From: Chloroflexota bacterium | GTDB lineage: Bacteria > Chloroflexota > Chloroflexia > QHBQ01 | Length of the DNA stretch: 32,377 nt | NCBI GenBank assembly: GCA_043754535.1 | Contig: JAYUUN010000085.1 | Span: forward strand, 1-32,377 | Reading direction: 5' to 3' | Part shown: in pieces, positions 8,972-17,512 of the stretch | Numbering within the stretch: the stretch's first letter is position 1 | Layout: every line of letters starts with the position of its first letter | Program-made: the position numbers and the translations under genes | The notes under the pieces: model-generated | Databases searched by the model: none | What the model was told of the DNA's origin: nothing | What the model saw: only the letters and a program-made list of their open reading frames with translations

Positions 8972-9706
8972 CTAAAAGCGGTCGGTCGAGTTGGGCAGTA
9001 CGTAGGCCAGCGGCACCAGCACGTAGATCAGTAGGCTAGCCTCTGGGCTGACGAAGGCCAGCCCAATAGAGATGACGAAGATCAGAGGATAGATCAGGCT
9101 GATGCGCGTTAGCTGTTTCACCTGCTTGGGGTCAGCCTCCTTAGCGATCAAGCCCCGGCGCACAGCGTAGAGCCAGGTAGCATTGTAGAAGACACCACCC
9201 ATAATCTGCACCGAACTGAAGATGATCGAAGCGATTGCCAGCGAGTGCGGATCAGCTTCCAGGTTGTTTCGATCAGCTATTCCTTGTGCCAGCAGTGCAG
9301 CGGGGAAGGGGTTGAGGGCAATGACCAACAGCAGCAAGGTATTAAAGGCCAGTATCATGCGATCAACCCGCACGACGTAGTTGAACATGATATGGTGGTT
9401 GATCCAGGTACTACCCAGCATCACAAAGGTTAGCACATAGCTGAGGTAGCTAGGCCACTCATGCGCCAGGGCTTGCAGCAAATCTTTTGGCAGGTGCCGC
9501 TCACCGTCACCGCCCGCTACTCGCGGCACGACGATCTCCAATACCAGTAGGGTGATAGCGATAGCGAACACGCCGTCGCTGAACGCCTCAGTGCGGTCAG
9601 TGCTTTTCTCGGCGATCTTCGCCTCCAGGTGGGCCAGCCTCCGTTCGTGATGTTGCTCCAGACTGGTCGCAGTCTGCGGGTCTTGTGCCAGCTTCGGTCT
9701 AGTCAT
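8972..9706 (-). CDS. TMEM175-family (DUF1211) ion channel, copy 3
   Basis: RTEAFSDGVFAIAITLLVLEI, WINHH, NTLLLL...PFP, six hydrophobic segments. ATGA overlap with copy 2. Confidence 0.93.
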   Translation of the reverse strand: MTRPKLAQDPQTATSLEQHHERRLAHLEAKIAEKSTDRTEAFSDGVFAIAITLLVLEIVVPRVAGGDGERHLPKDLLQALAHEWPSYLSYVLTFVMLGSTWINHHIMFNYVVRVDRMILAFNTLLLLVIALNPFPAALLAQGIADRNNLEADPHSLAIASIIFSSVQIMGGVFYNATWLYAVRRGLIAKEADPKQVKQLTRISLIYPLIFVISIGLAFVSPEASLLIYVLVPLAYVLPNSTDRF

Positions 9707-10443
9707 GAAGCTAACTCCTTCTGCTCTGGTTGCTTGTTAGTGCGCGGGCGAAGCGGGTCGGCCTTGTTGGGGATCGCGTATGAGAGCGGCACCAGCAGGT
9801 AGATGCCGAGGCTGATGTAGGGGCTGAAGGGGGCGACCAGCAGGCTATCCAGGTAGAAGAAGGGCCAGTAGATAAACCGCTTGCTCAAGCGATCTAGGCT
9901 GGCACTGCTGATCCGCCGGTCTACCAGGCGGTGGTGGCGCACGGCATAGTGCCAGATGAGGTTGAAGAAGATGCCGTTGAGCAACACAACCAGGCTGTAG
10001 AATGCCGCCGCCACCGCCAGGTTCTGCTGGTCACCGCTGTTCCCCAACGCCCGCGACAGGATCGTAGTTGGGTAGGGGGTGAAGGCGACGATCAGGAGCA
10101 GCAAGCCGTTTAGGGCAAGCAGCACGCGGTCGCTGCGGCTGACGTAGCGAAAGAGCAGGTGGTGATCTACCCAGGTCACACCGATCACCGCAAAGCTGAG
10201 CAGGTAGGCGGCATAAACCTGCCACTGATCGAGCAGCTGGGGTAGCAACGCCCCGTCAGCTAGCCGTGAGCCTTCGGCTGGTGGGTGGAAGTCCAGCACC
10301 AGCAGGGTGATCGCGATGCTGAACACCCCGTCGCTGAAGGCCTCCAGGCGGTCAACCCCGCGGTCGCGGCGTAGCTGACGCGGGGCGCGGGTGAGTTGGC
10401 GTTCGGCCACCAACTGCTCCTGCTGGTTGGGGTCAACATTCAT
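9703..10443 (-). CDS. TMEM175-family (DUF1211) ion channel, copy 2
   Basis: RLEAFSDGVFSIAITLLVLDF, WVDHH, NGLLLL...PYP. RBS GAGGAGGAG. Confidence 0.93.
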   Translation of the reverse strand: MNVDPNQQEQLVAERQLTRAPRQLRRDRGVDRLEAFSDGVFSIAITLLVLDFHPPAEGSRLADGALLPQLLDQWQVYAAYLLSFAVIGVTWVDHHLLFRYVSRSDRVLLALNGLLLLIVAFTPYPTTILSRALGNSGDQQNLAVAAAFYSLVVLLNGIFFNLIWHYAVRHHRLVDRRISSASLDRLSKRFIYWPFFYLDSLLVAPFSPYISLGIYLLVPLSYAIPNKADPLRPRTNKQPEQKELAS

Positions 10444-10455
10444 CTTTGCTCCTCC

Positions 10456-11181
10456 TCAGAAGCGGTCGGTGGGAGCGGGTAGCAGGTAGAAGATCGCGAC
10501 AAAGGCGAAGACCGCCAGGCTAGCGGGATAGTAGACGAAGGCAAGGGGGATGGTCAGCAGGTAGAGGACGTTACCGAACAGGTTACGCCGCCCTTTGTGG
10601 GCCAGCAGGCTCAGGTCAACACTGCGGTCAATCAGCCGATGCCGCCGCGAGGCGTAGAGCCAGAGCAGGCTGAAACTGATCGCCATCGCCGACATCACGG
10701 CACCGTAGATCGCAGTGGCCGCCTCTATCTCGCGGTTATCGCTCAGGCTGCGGGCCAGCAGTGCATTGGGGAAGGGGATGAAGGAGACGAAAAGGAGCAA
10801 CAACGAGTTAAGGATCAGCAAGCCCCGGTCGGTGCGCTGGATGTAGCGGAAGCTGATGTGGTGGTTGATCCAGATGATGCCGATGGTGACGAAGCTGACC
10901 AGGTAAGTTGCATAGGTGGGCCAGTCTTTCAGCAACGAAGCAAACAGGTTAGCGGCGATCATCTCTCTAGCTGAACCACCTTGCTGGCTAACTTGCTCGG
11001 TCGGCACGTGGATGTTGAGGATCAGCAGCGTGATAGCGATAGAGAATACCCCATCGCTGAAGGCCTCCAGCCGACTCGTCCCTTCCCCCGACTCGGCTGC
11101 CGCAGATAGGTCGCGTTGTCCCTGGGCGAGTACAGCTGGCCGCTCCAACCCTGTCTCCTTTAGCTGCTCCTGCGCTGCCAT
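10456..11181 (-). CDS. TMEM175-family (DUF1211) ion channel, copy 1
   Basis: RLEAFSDGVFSIAITLLILNI, WINHH, NSLLLL...PFP. ATG 11181 (or GTG 11184) after AAGGGGG. Confidence 0.93.
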   Translation of the reverse strand: MAAQEQLKETGLERPAVLAQGQRDLSAAAESGEGTSRLEAFSDGVFSIAITLLILNIHVPTEQVSQQGGSAREMIAANLFASLLKDWPTYATYLVSFVTIGIIWINHHISFRYIQRTDRGLLILNSLLLLFVSFIPFPNALLARSLSDNREIEAATAIYGAVMSAMAISFSLLWLYASRRHRLIDRSVDLSLLAHKGRRNLFGNVLYLLTIPLAFVYYPASLAVFAFVAIFYLLPAPTDRF

Positions 11182-11242
11182 CACTTACCCCCTTTACAAA
11201 CCGTTCGCTGGAACTACCCTCTCACTACGCGGCATTGGTTGA

Positions 11243-12037
11243 TCAGCTTAAAAGAGCAAGGCGGTCAAGGTCGAAGACCGGCCCCTCGACGCAGGCGCGC
11301 AGGTAGCCAACCCCTTGCACCTCCACCGCACAGCCGAGGCAGACCCCCACCCCGCAAGCCATATTGCGCTCGACGGCAGCCTGCACCTTCGGCAGGGGAT
11401 ACAGCTTTGCACAAAGCTGCTTGAGGCGAGCAAGGAACGCGTCGTCGCCTGCCGCCAGCACCTGATCAGCCCAGGGCAGCAGGTTTTTGGCGAAGTCCAG
11501 TGCGCTGCCGCGATGCCCCGCCGAACCGTCGCGGGTGGCAGTCTGGTACTCCACCTCTGGCGGCAAGAGCGATGGGGGCGGGAGGTTGGTGGCGGTGTCA
11601 GCCTCGATCAACATGGTGATCGTCACTTCGCGGGCGGCGGCGGGAGCAAGCAGCGGCAGCACCGGCGCGAGGTGCGACTGCCGCTCCCCACCAATCACGA
11701 CCAGCAGGTGGCGGGTACGCTCGTCCAGCTTGAAGCCGCTGCCCAGTGGCCCAAACACATCCAACTCCTCTCCCTCTACCCGCTCAGCGATCCAGCGCGA
11801 CCCCCTCCCCACCACCCGCACTAGCAGGGCCAGCGTTCCCGCCTCCTCGTCGAAGGCAGCCAGGCTGTAGGGGCGGCGCAGGTAAGGTTCGTGGCTGTCA
11901 GCACTGCTGGCGCGCACAAAGACGAACTGACCAGCGGCGGCCCCACGCAGCATTCGTGGCGGTGCAGTCAGGTTGACGCGCACAAGATTGGGGGCAACCT
12001 CGCGGTGGCCGCTGACGGTGGCGGTAAACTGCTGCAT
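11243..12037 (-). CDS. pyrK: Dihydroorotate dehydrogenase electron transfer subunit
   Basis: GQFV, LRRPYS (FAD), GPLGSGF, and [2Fe-2S] motif MACGVGVCLGC...CVEGPVF. pyrD lies downstream on the same strand. Confidence 0.9.
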   Translation of the reverse strand: MQQFTATVSGHREVAPNLVRVNLTAPPRMLRGAAAGQFVFVRASSADSHEPYLRRPYSLAAFDEEAGTLALLVRVVGRGSRWIAERVEGEELDVFGPLGSGFKLDERTRHLLVVIGGERQSHLAPVLPLLAPAAAREVTITMLIEADTATNLPPPSLLPPEVEYQTATRDGSAGHRGSALDFAKNLLPWADQVLAAGDDAFLARLKQLCAKLYPLPKVQAAVERNMACGVGVCLGCAVEVQGVGYLRACVEGPVFDLDRLALLS

Positions 12038-13389
12038 CAGCCTGCCAGCTTACTCGTATTGAGAGTGGGGTCGCCAGGGTCACTGCTGCCCAGCACGTTG
12101 TCCAGCCGTTGGGCAGCCTGGGCGCGAAAGTCTAGCGTCACTACATTGCTGCGGCGCAGGCCGTCGGCTCCCTGCTGCTGGTTGGCCGACTGGCTGATCA
12201 GGCGGGCAATCAGGTTGGCCGCCTCCTTGCTCCAGAAGCTGACCAGCCCGGTCGTCGAATGCTGATGGTAGAGGGTCATCAGGATCGCCACGTTGGTTAC
12301 TGGTGAGAGGCAGGTGTTGACCTGCTTGCCATGATAGACCATCGTACTGGGGCGGCTCTCGCCCAGGTAGCGGCCAAGCTCCTGCCAACTGCTGAAGATA
12401 CCAGCGACCAGGGCAAAGAGGCTGGGGTAGTTCTGATGCAAGGCCTGCCCACGCTGGCTGATGATGTTGCCGTCCGCGCTGATCAGGCAGACCTCGCTGG
12501 CCTCCGAGCGGGTGAGCAACACATCCAGCACCTCCTCAATGTTGGTCAGGTCGGCGGGATTGAGAACCATAGTCGAGGGGTTGATCGTCTGGGGTTGCTG
12601 CTCCTGCCGCTCCACCTCGCGGTAGATGTTCGCCAGGGTGGGGTCGCCCCGCGCCTCCTGCTCGGTCGGTAGCTCCGTCTGCGCCTTCTTTCGCACCAGG
12701 CCGATGGAGATCAGGTCGGCCACCACCTGGCGGATTTGGCGCGCATCCAGCCCAACCCGGTCGGCGATCTCGGCCACCGTCAGGCGGCCATCCACTGCAC
12801 TGAGTACCGTCCAGTCCAGGCCTTGCAGTGTCACGCGGGCATCATCCTGGTTGCCGGGAACGAGGATCAACACTTCGCCCAGGATGGCATCGCTGTCGAG
12901 GGCAGGGTCGCTCATCTCCAACAGGCTGATCTGGCCGCTAAGGATTTCGTCAAGGTCCAGGGCAGTGCTGGGCATCTCGCTGCCTAGTGGTCGCTCAAAG
13001 GTAAACTTGAACTGCCCCCGCGTCCACACCAGTAGGCGCGACATGATCTCCATGATCTGTACCTGGATCGCCATTGCCAGGTCTTGATCGCTGATCAGCT
13101 TCATCTCCATCAGGATCGCACCAAGCCGCTGACCCTGTTGCTGGTGGCGTTGTAGATAGTTAGCCTTCTCCAACTGCTGGCGGGTAATGCGGTGGGTACG
13201 AACCAGGATTTCGCCCACTCGGTCGCCGCCCATCGTGGACTCGGCATGGATGATCTTACCAGTAAAGAAGTAGATCGTCCCCTTATTGGTGTTGTCATAA
13301 ACCAACAGATTGCCGCTCATTGCTGCCGAAGCAATCGTTTGCAGCAGAGCAACAATGCTCAGTTCTTCGAGGTTGCCTTCAAGGGCCAC
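12037..13389 (-). CDS. DUF4388 (PATAN-like) + MshEN-like + wHTH + Roadblock/LC7 (MglB-like) signalling protein
   Basis: ALEGNLEELSIVALLQ...SG.L...G.IYF..GKIIHA...W..GQFKF (DUF4388); RVGEILV../RLGAILM.. tandem; VLSAVDGRLTVAEIA..GL; C-terminal CLISADGNII..SLFALVAGIFSSWQELGRYLGE...GLV (MglB-like). GTG start at 13389, TGATG overlap with pyrK. Confidence 0.82.
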   Translation of the reverse strand: MALEGNLEELSIVALLQTIASAAMSGNLLVYDNTNKGTIYFFTGKIIHAESTMGGDRVGEILVRTHRITRQQLEKANYLQRHQQQGQRLGAILMEMKLISDQDLAMAIQVQIMEIMSRLLVWTRGQFKFTFERPLGSEMPSTALDLDEILSGQISLLEMSDPALDSDAILGEVLILVPGNQDDARVTLQGLDWTVLSAVDGRLTVAEIADRVGLDARQIRQVVADLISIGLVRKKAQTELPTEQEARGDPTLANIYREVERQEQQPQTINPSTMVLNPADLTNIEEVLDVLLTRSEASEVCLISADGNIISQRGQALHQNYPSLFALVAGIFSSWQELGRYLGESRPSTMVYHGKQVNTCLSPVTNVAILMTLYHQHSTTGLVSFWSKEAANLIARLISQSANQQQGADGLRRSNVVTLDFRAQAAQRLDNVLGSSDPGDPTLNTSKLAG

Positions 13390-13444
13390 ACTCGCTACCC
13401 CCTTTACCCTGTGATTGACCCACCACCTGCACCGTTCTTGACAC

Positions 13445-13453
13445 AGTATAGCA
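13445..13453 (-). promoter_or_regulatory. Extended -10 promoter for the DUF4388-pyrK-TMEM175 unit
   Basis: Minus strand TGcTATACT about 55 bp upstream of the GTG start. Confidence 0.55.
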
Positions 13454-13640
13454 TATGATGGCAACTCTCTGTACCTCACCGCTGATTAGAGCCACAAGGG
13501 AGCCTTGCAGCCGTAGCCAACCCCCCAGGAAACAGCGGCCAAAAAATACCTAAAATTGGGTGGACGCAACTAGCCACCGCCTGACTATCATAAGTGGTCA
13601 AGCAGAACGTATCATCATCTACTCAAGAAGGAGACCTCTC

Positions 13641-14375
13641 GTGAAGACTCAGCCGCACCGTTCCGTCCGTCTGTTTGCTCTCGTCGTCCTGATGCTCGTC
13701 GGCCTCGGTGCCAACAGCACCACACCAGTCGCCGCCCAGACTAGCCCACCACTACCCACCCTGATCAGCCCGAACGACGGCCACGTGTTCCGCAACTATC
13801 CACGTACTGCCACCCTTAGTTGGACTGCTACCCCTCCAGGTTATCCTGGTTACAACGACATTGAAGTTCAAGTCCGCGATGCAGTTGTGGTTGGGGACTG
13901 GAGTACCTGCCAAAGTGTGCGAGTACTCAGTACTACCAGCTTCACCATCAATCCCTTCCCTGGAGACAATATGGGTCGCTGGCGAGTAAGCGGTGTTTAC
14001 TGGCTCAACACCAAAGCTGGCTGGCGGCTTGTTAGTGACCCTGCGACTGCATGGCGGTACTTCAGCTTTAACACTGGTGCCTACCAGTATGATGGTATGT
14101 GGTATAACGACGACGCAACCGCCTTCTACCCTGCGCTGAAGATAACCACCTACGGTCAGGAGCTAACTGCCATCTTCTACTACCGCTGCGGAACGAGCCA
14201 CTGCTACCAGGGTACAGGCACAACGACAGCAGCGGGTGAGCCGATTAGCCTCAGGCCAGATTATGGCGGCCCCAGCCACGTCTTCAGTTTCTATCTGGAC
14301 AACAACGCAGGTACCCACCTGGCGGCTGCGGACATCTACACCAGCACCACCAGCTATCCAACCTTCCACCGCTGA
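13641..14375 (+). CDS. Secreted hypothetical protein with Ig/FN3-like beta domain
   Basis: GTG 13641 after AAGGAGA, signal peptide ending VAA-Q, P.LISP.DG....TLSW...WRV FN3-like pattern, and a second small beta domain with a Cys pair. Confidence 0.75.
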   Translation: MKTQPHRSVRLFALVVLMLVGLGANSTTPVAAQTSPPLPTLISPNDGHVFRNYPRTATLSWTATPPGYPGYNDIEVQVRDAVVVGDWSTCQSVRVLSTTSFTINPFPGDNMGRWRVSGVYWLNTKAGWRLVSDPATAWRYFSFNTGAYQYDGMWYNDDATAFYPALKITTYGQELTAIFYYRCGTSHCYQGTGTTTAAGEPISLRPDYGGPSHVFSFYLDNNAGTHLAAADIYTSTTSYPTFHR

Positions 14376-14384
14376 CCAGGTAGG

Positions 14385-14422
14385 GCGAGAGAGGAGTAGC
14401 TTGCTTGCCACTCCCCTCTTGC
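14385..14422 (+). terminator. Intergenic hairpin, possible terminator
   Basis: GCGAGAGAGGAGTAGC-ttgctt-GCCACTCCCCTCTTGC imperfect inverted repeat 10 bp after the stop. No clear U tract. Confidence 0.5.
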
Positions 14423-14443
14423 GTGCGCCAGCAAGCAGGGTGA

Positions 14444-14452
14444 TGCTATAAT
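14444..14452 (+). promoter_or_regulatory. Extended -10 promoter
   Basis: TGcTATAAT upstream of RBS AAAGGAG (14481-14487) and ATG 14495. Confidence 0.65.
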
Positions 14453-14494
14453 GTGAGCAGACGATCCTGGCAACTTACTGAAAGGAGCGGGGTA

Positions 14495-15913
14495 ATGAGA
14501 AGCAAGCAGGTCTACCTTTGGCTAGCCACCCTCGCGCTGGTGGCCGCCAGCACTAGCAGCCCCCAGGTAGCAGCCCAAAGCGGCAGTCGCTACTTTGCGG
14601 AGACCGAACACACGGTGCGCGAACCATTTCTCAGCTACTGGAACACGCATGGCGGCCTTACTCAACAGGGCCTACCGCTGACCGAGGCCTATGACGAGCG
14701 CAACGACGCGGATGGCAAGAGCTACAGCACTCAATACTTCGAGCGCGCCCGCTTCGAGTACCACCCGGAGAACGCCGATCCACGCTACCAGGTCTTGCTG
14801 GGCTTGCTGGGCAAGGAGGCACTGCGGGCCAGCGATCCCACTGGCGACAACACCAACGCCGCCCAGCAGACCGTTCCTGGCAGCGGCAGCCGCAGCTTTG
14901 CCGAGACGGGCAAGAGAGTGGACGGCCTCTTTTTGGACTACTGGAACACGCACGGCGGCCTCGCCCAACAGGGCTTCCCGATCAGCGGAGCCTTCTACCA
15001 GACCAACGTAGCGGACGGCAAGCAGTACATCACCCAGTATTTCGAGCGGGCGCGCTTCGAGTACCACCCAGAGCAGGCGAACCCTACCTACAAGGTGCTG
15101 CTCGGCCTCGTCGGTAAAGAAGTCTACCAGCGCAAAGGGGTGGGTGCCAGCAGCCAGCCAGCCCCAGGCGCGGGTAGCAAAACTTACATCGTCAGCAACA
15201 GCATACCAGTGCCACCCAATAGCTATCGCCCTGCCCGCGCTACCTGCCTCAACGAGAACCAGGTGGCGGGCGGTGGCTGGCTTGCCAACCCCGCCCTCAA
15301 GCTACGTCTCAGCAGCAGCGACGACCACGAAACCGCCTGGCTGGTAGGGGCCAACAACGATAGCGGAGTGGAGCAAACCCTGACCGCCTACGCCGTATGC
15401 CTGCGCGAGCCTAATGCTCTAGCGATCCAGAACGAGTCCAGCACCGACCTGCTGGCGGGGGTAACGGGCAGCACAGTAGCGGCCTGCGCGAATGGCCTGT
15501 ACAGCGGCGGTGGCTTCCAGATGGACGGCGCGCTGCTCTCCACTTTGGCTCCCGGCAGCAGCGGGCGTAGCTGGCAGGCAAGGGTGAAGAACGTGGGCAG
15601 CCAGCCAGCGACCATGGCGGCCTACGTAATTTGCGTAACAGGCAGCAGCCTTGCCGCGTCCAACGCTGTCAGCCGGGCAGTAGAGGTGCCGACGGGCGGC
15701 AGCGCAACGGCGGTAGCAGAGTGCGCGGGCGGTAGCACTCTGCTCAGTGGCGGCTTTGCGCTCGACGCGCCCGACAGTGCGGGTGACTATGCCCTCTATG
15801 CCAACCAACCTGGCAGCAGTGGGCGCGGCTGGTCGGCAGCCCTGAAGAACGACAGCGGCCAATCCCTCAACCTCACCGCCTACGCCGTCTGCGGCCAGTT
15901 AGTAGGGGGATGA
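14495..15913 (+). CDS. Secreted protein: 2 ETGH/LGFP-like repeats plus 3 Cys-bracketed beta repeats
   Basis: Signal peptide (VAA-Q); two F.ET....FL.YWNTHGGL.QQG.P...TQYFERARFEYHPE units; three A.C....GGG[WF]...W....N......AY.[VI]C units. Confidence 0.85.
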   Translation: MRSKQVYLWLATLALVAASTSSPQVAAQSGSRYFAETEHTVREPFLSYWNTHGGLTQQGLPLTEAYDERNDADGKSYSTQYFERARFEYHPENADPRYQVLLGLLGKEALRASDPTGDNTNAAQQTVPGSGSRSFAETGKRVDGLFLDYWNTHGGLAQQGFPISGAFYQTNVADGKQYITQYFERARFEYHPEQANPTYKVLLGLVGKEVYQRKGVGASSQPAPGAGSKTYIVSNSIPVPPNSYRPARATCLNENQVAGGGWLANPALKLRLSSSDDHETAWLVGANNDSGVEQTLTAYAVCLREPNALAIQNESSTDLLAGVTGSTVAACANGLYSGGGFQMDGALLSTLAPGSSGRSWQARVKNVGSQPATMAAYVICVTGSSLAASNAVSRAVEVPTGGSATAVAECAGGSTLLSGGFALDAPDSAGDYALYANQPGSSGRGWSAALKNDSGQSLNLTAYAVCGQLVGG

Positions 15914-15937
15914 GCCAGGCAGAAGCGAGCCAACAGA

Positions 15938-15973
15938 AAGGGGGCGGGTCGTTGCTGACTCGCCCCCTTCTTT
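15938..15973. terminator. Probable bidirectional intrinsic terminator
   Basis: AAGGGGGCGGGTC-gttgct-GACTCGCCCCCTT followed by CTTT, between convergent genes. Confidence 0.8.
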
Positions 15974-15990
15974 GCAGCCTCAGCACCCGC

Positions 15991-17283
15991 TCAAGGGTAG
16001 AAGCCACGCACGCGAGTTGCCTCGGCGACGCGCCCAACCGCGAGGACGTAGGCAGCAGTTCGCATATCAACCCGTCGCTCAGTGGCGATCCGGTATACGT
16101 CGTTGAAGCTACGCGACATGATCTTCTGCAACTTGCCGTTGATATCGCTCTCCTCCCAGAAGAAGGATTGGATGTCCTGCACCCACTCAAAGTAGCTGAC
16201 GGTCACGCCGCCCGCATTGGCTAGGATGTCGGGTAGTAGGAACACACCCTTGTCGAACAAGATGCGGTCGGCCTCTGGCGTGGTTGGGCCATTCGCTGCT
16301 TCGCCAATGATCTTGGCCTTGATGCGATCAGCGTTCGTGCTGGTGATCTGGTTCTCCAGGGCAGCAGGAACAAGGATGTCGCAGTCGAGTTCAAGCAACT
16401 CGGCATTGGTCACAGCCTCGGCGTTGGCGTAGCCAGCCATGGTGCCATGCTCCTGCTTGTGGCGGGTGACAGCATTGAGGTCAAGGCCAGACTTGTTGTA
16501 GAGGCCGCCCTGACTGTCGCTAACGGCTACTACGCGGCTGCCGTCCTCGGTCAAGAAGCGAGCAGCGATTGCGCCAGCGTTGCCAAAGCCCTGGACTACT
16601 ACCCGCGCATCTTGCAACGTGATGTCACGCGCCTTGCTAGCCTCGCGGATCACGTATTGCAGCCCACGCGCTGTCGCCTCGTTGCGCCCCGCCGAGCCAC
16701 CGATAGAGAGCGGTTTGCCCGTAACGACTGCTGGGATGCTGTGGCCCTTGTGCATCGAGTAGGTGTCCATCAGCCAGGCCATAGTCTGGGCGTTGGTGTT
16801 CACGTCGGGGGCCGGGATGTCCTCTTGGGGGCCAATGATGATCGAGATTTCGGTAGTGAAGCGGCGGGTCAAGCCCTCAAGCTCGTGCTGGTTCATCTGC
16901 TTGGGGTCGCAGATCACGCCGCCCTTGCCGCCGCCATAGGGGATGTTGACAGTCGCGCACTTCCAGGTCATCCACATCGAGAGCGCGCGCACCTCATCAA
17001 GGCTAACCTCTGGGTGATAGCGGATGCCGCCCTTAGCCGGGCCACGCGCAATGTTGTGCTGCACGCGGTAGCCAGTAAAGACGCGTACCGAGCCGTCGCT
17101 CATACGGACGGGGAAGTTGACGCTCAGTTCGCGTTTGGGCTTACTCAGTACCTCAAACATCCCGCCGTCGAGGTCGAGGATGTCGGCTGCCGTCCGCAGT
17201 TGAGCAACGGCGGTTTCATAGGGGTTGCGCTTACCAGCCATGCCAACAGTGGGCTGGCCGCTTTCGCTGCTCCGGGTCTCCAT
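15991..17283 (-). CDS. gdhA: Glutamate dehydrogenase (Glu/Leu/Phe/Val dehydrogenase family)
   Basis: GPAKGGIRYHP, MTWK, GGGKGG, DIPAPDVNT, QGFGNAG, EAANGPT, NAGGVTVSYFEW. ATG 17283 with GGAGG RBS. Confidence 0.95.
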   Translation of the reverse strand: METRSSESGQPTVGMAGKRNPYETAVAQLRTAADILDLDGGMFEVLSKPKRELSVNFPVRMSDGSVRVFTGYRVQHNIARGPAKGGIRYHPEVSLDEVRALSMWMTWKCATVNIPYGGGKGGVICDPKQMNQHELEGLTRRFTTEISIIIGPQEDIPAPDVNTNAQTMAWLMDTYSMHKGHSIPAVVTGKPLSIGGSAGRNEATARGLQYVIREASKARDITLQDARVVVQGFGNAGAIAARFLTEDGSRVVAVSDSQGGLYNKSGLDLNAVTRHKQEHGTMAGYANAEAVTNAELLELDCDILVPAALENQITSTNADRIKAKIIGEAANGPTTPEADRILFDKGVFLLPDILANAGGVTVSYFEWVQDIQSFFWEESDINGKLQKIMSRSFNDVYRIATERRVDMRTAAYVLAVGRVAEATRVRGFYP

Positions 17284-17326
17284 GTATGCAAAGCCTCCTC
17301 TTTGAGAGCTAGTGGTTGTGGCCGCG

Positions 17327-17512
17327 CTACGTTGGGCGGTCTTGCGTCCAGTATACAGCAACAAGCAAGCGGGCGCAACCGGGCAAACGGTGCGCCCATT
17401 CGCTGATAGCCGCCACTTGCTGCAACTCTGCCTTGCTTACCCTCTCGCCTACGTGCGCCAGCAAGTAGTCAAGGATGCGCTGGTGGGCTACACTTTTCTC
17501 CCCATCGATCAC
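17327..17512 (-). pseudogene. Short ORF, probable remnant of the winged-helix N-terminus of an HNH nuclease-type gene
   Basis: GTGA overlap with the gatB stop. RILDYLLAHVGERVSKAELQQVAAISEWAHRL resembles a recalled RIL.YL..NVG..V...EL..VA.ISEWARR[VI]RELR motif; similarity ends at about 17385. Confidence 0.5.
17350..17378 (-). promoter_or_regulatory. Sigma70-like promoter for gdh
   Basis: Minus strand TTGCGC-N17-TATACT. Confidence 0.6.
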
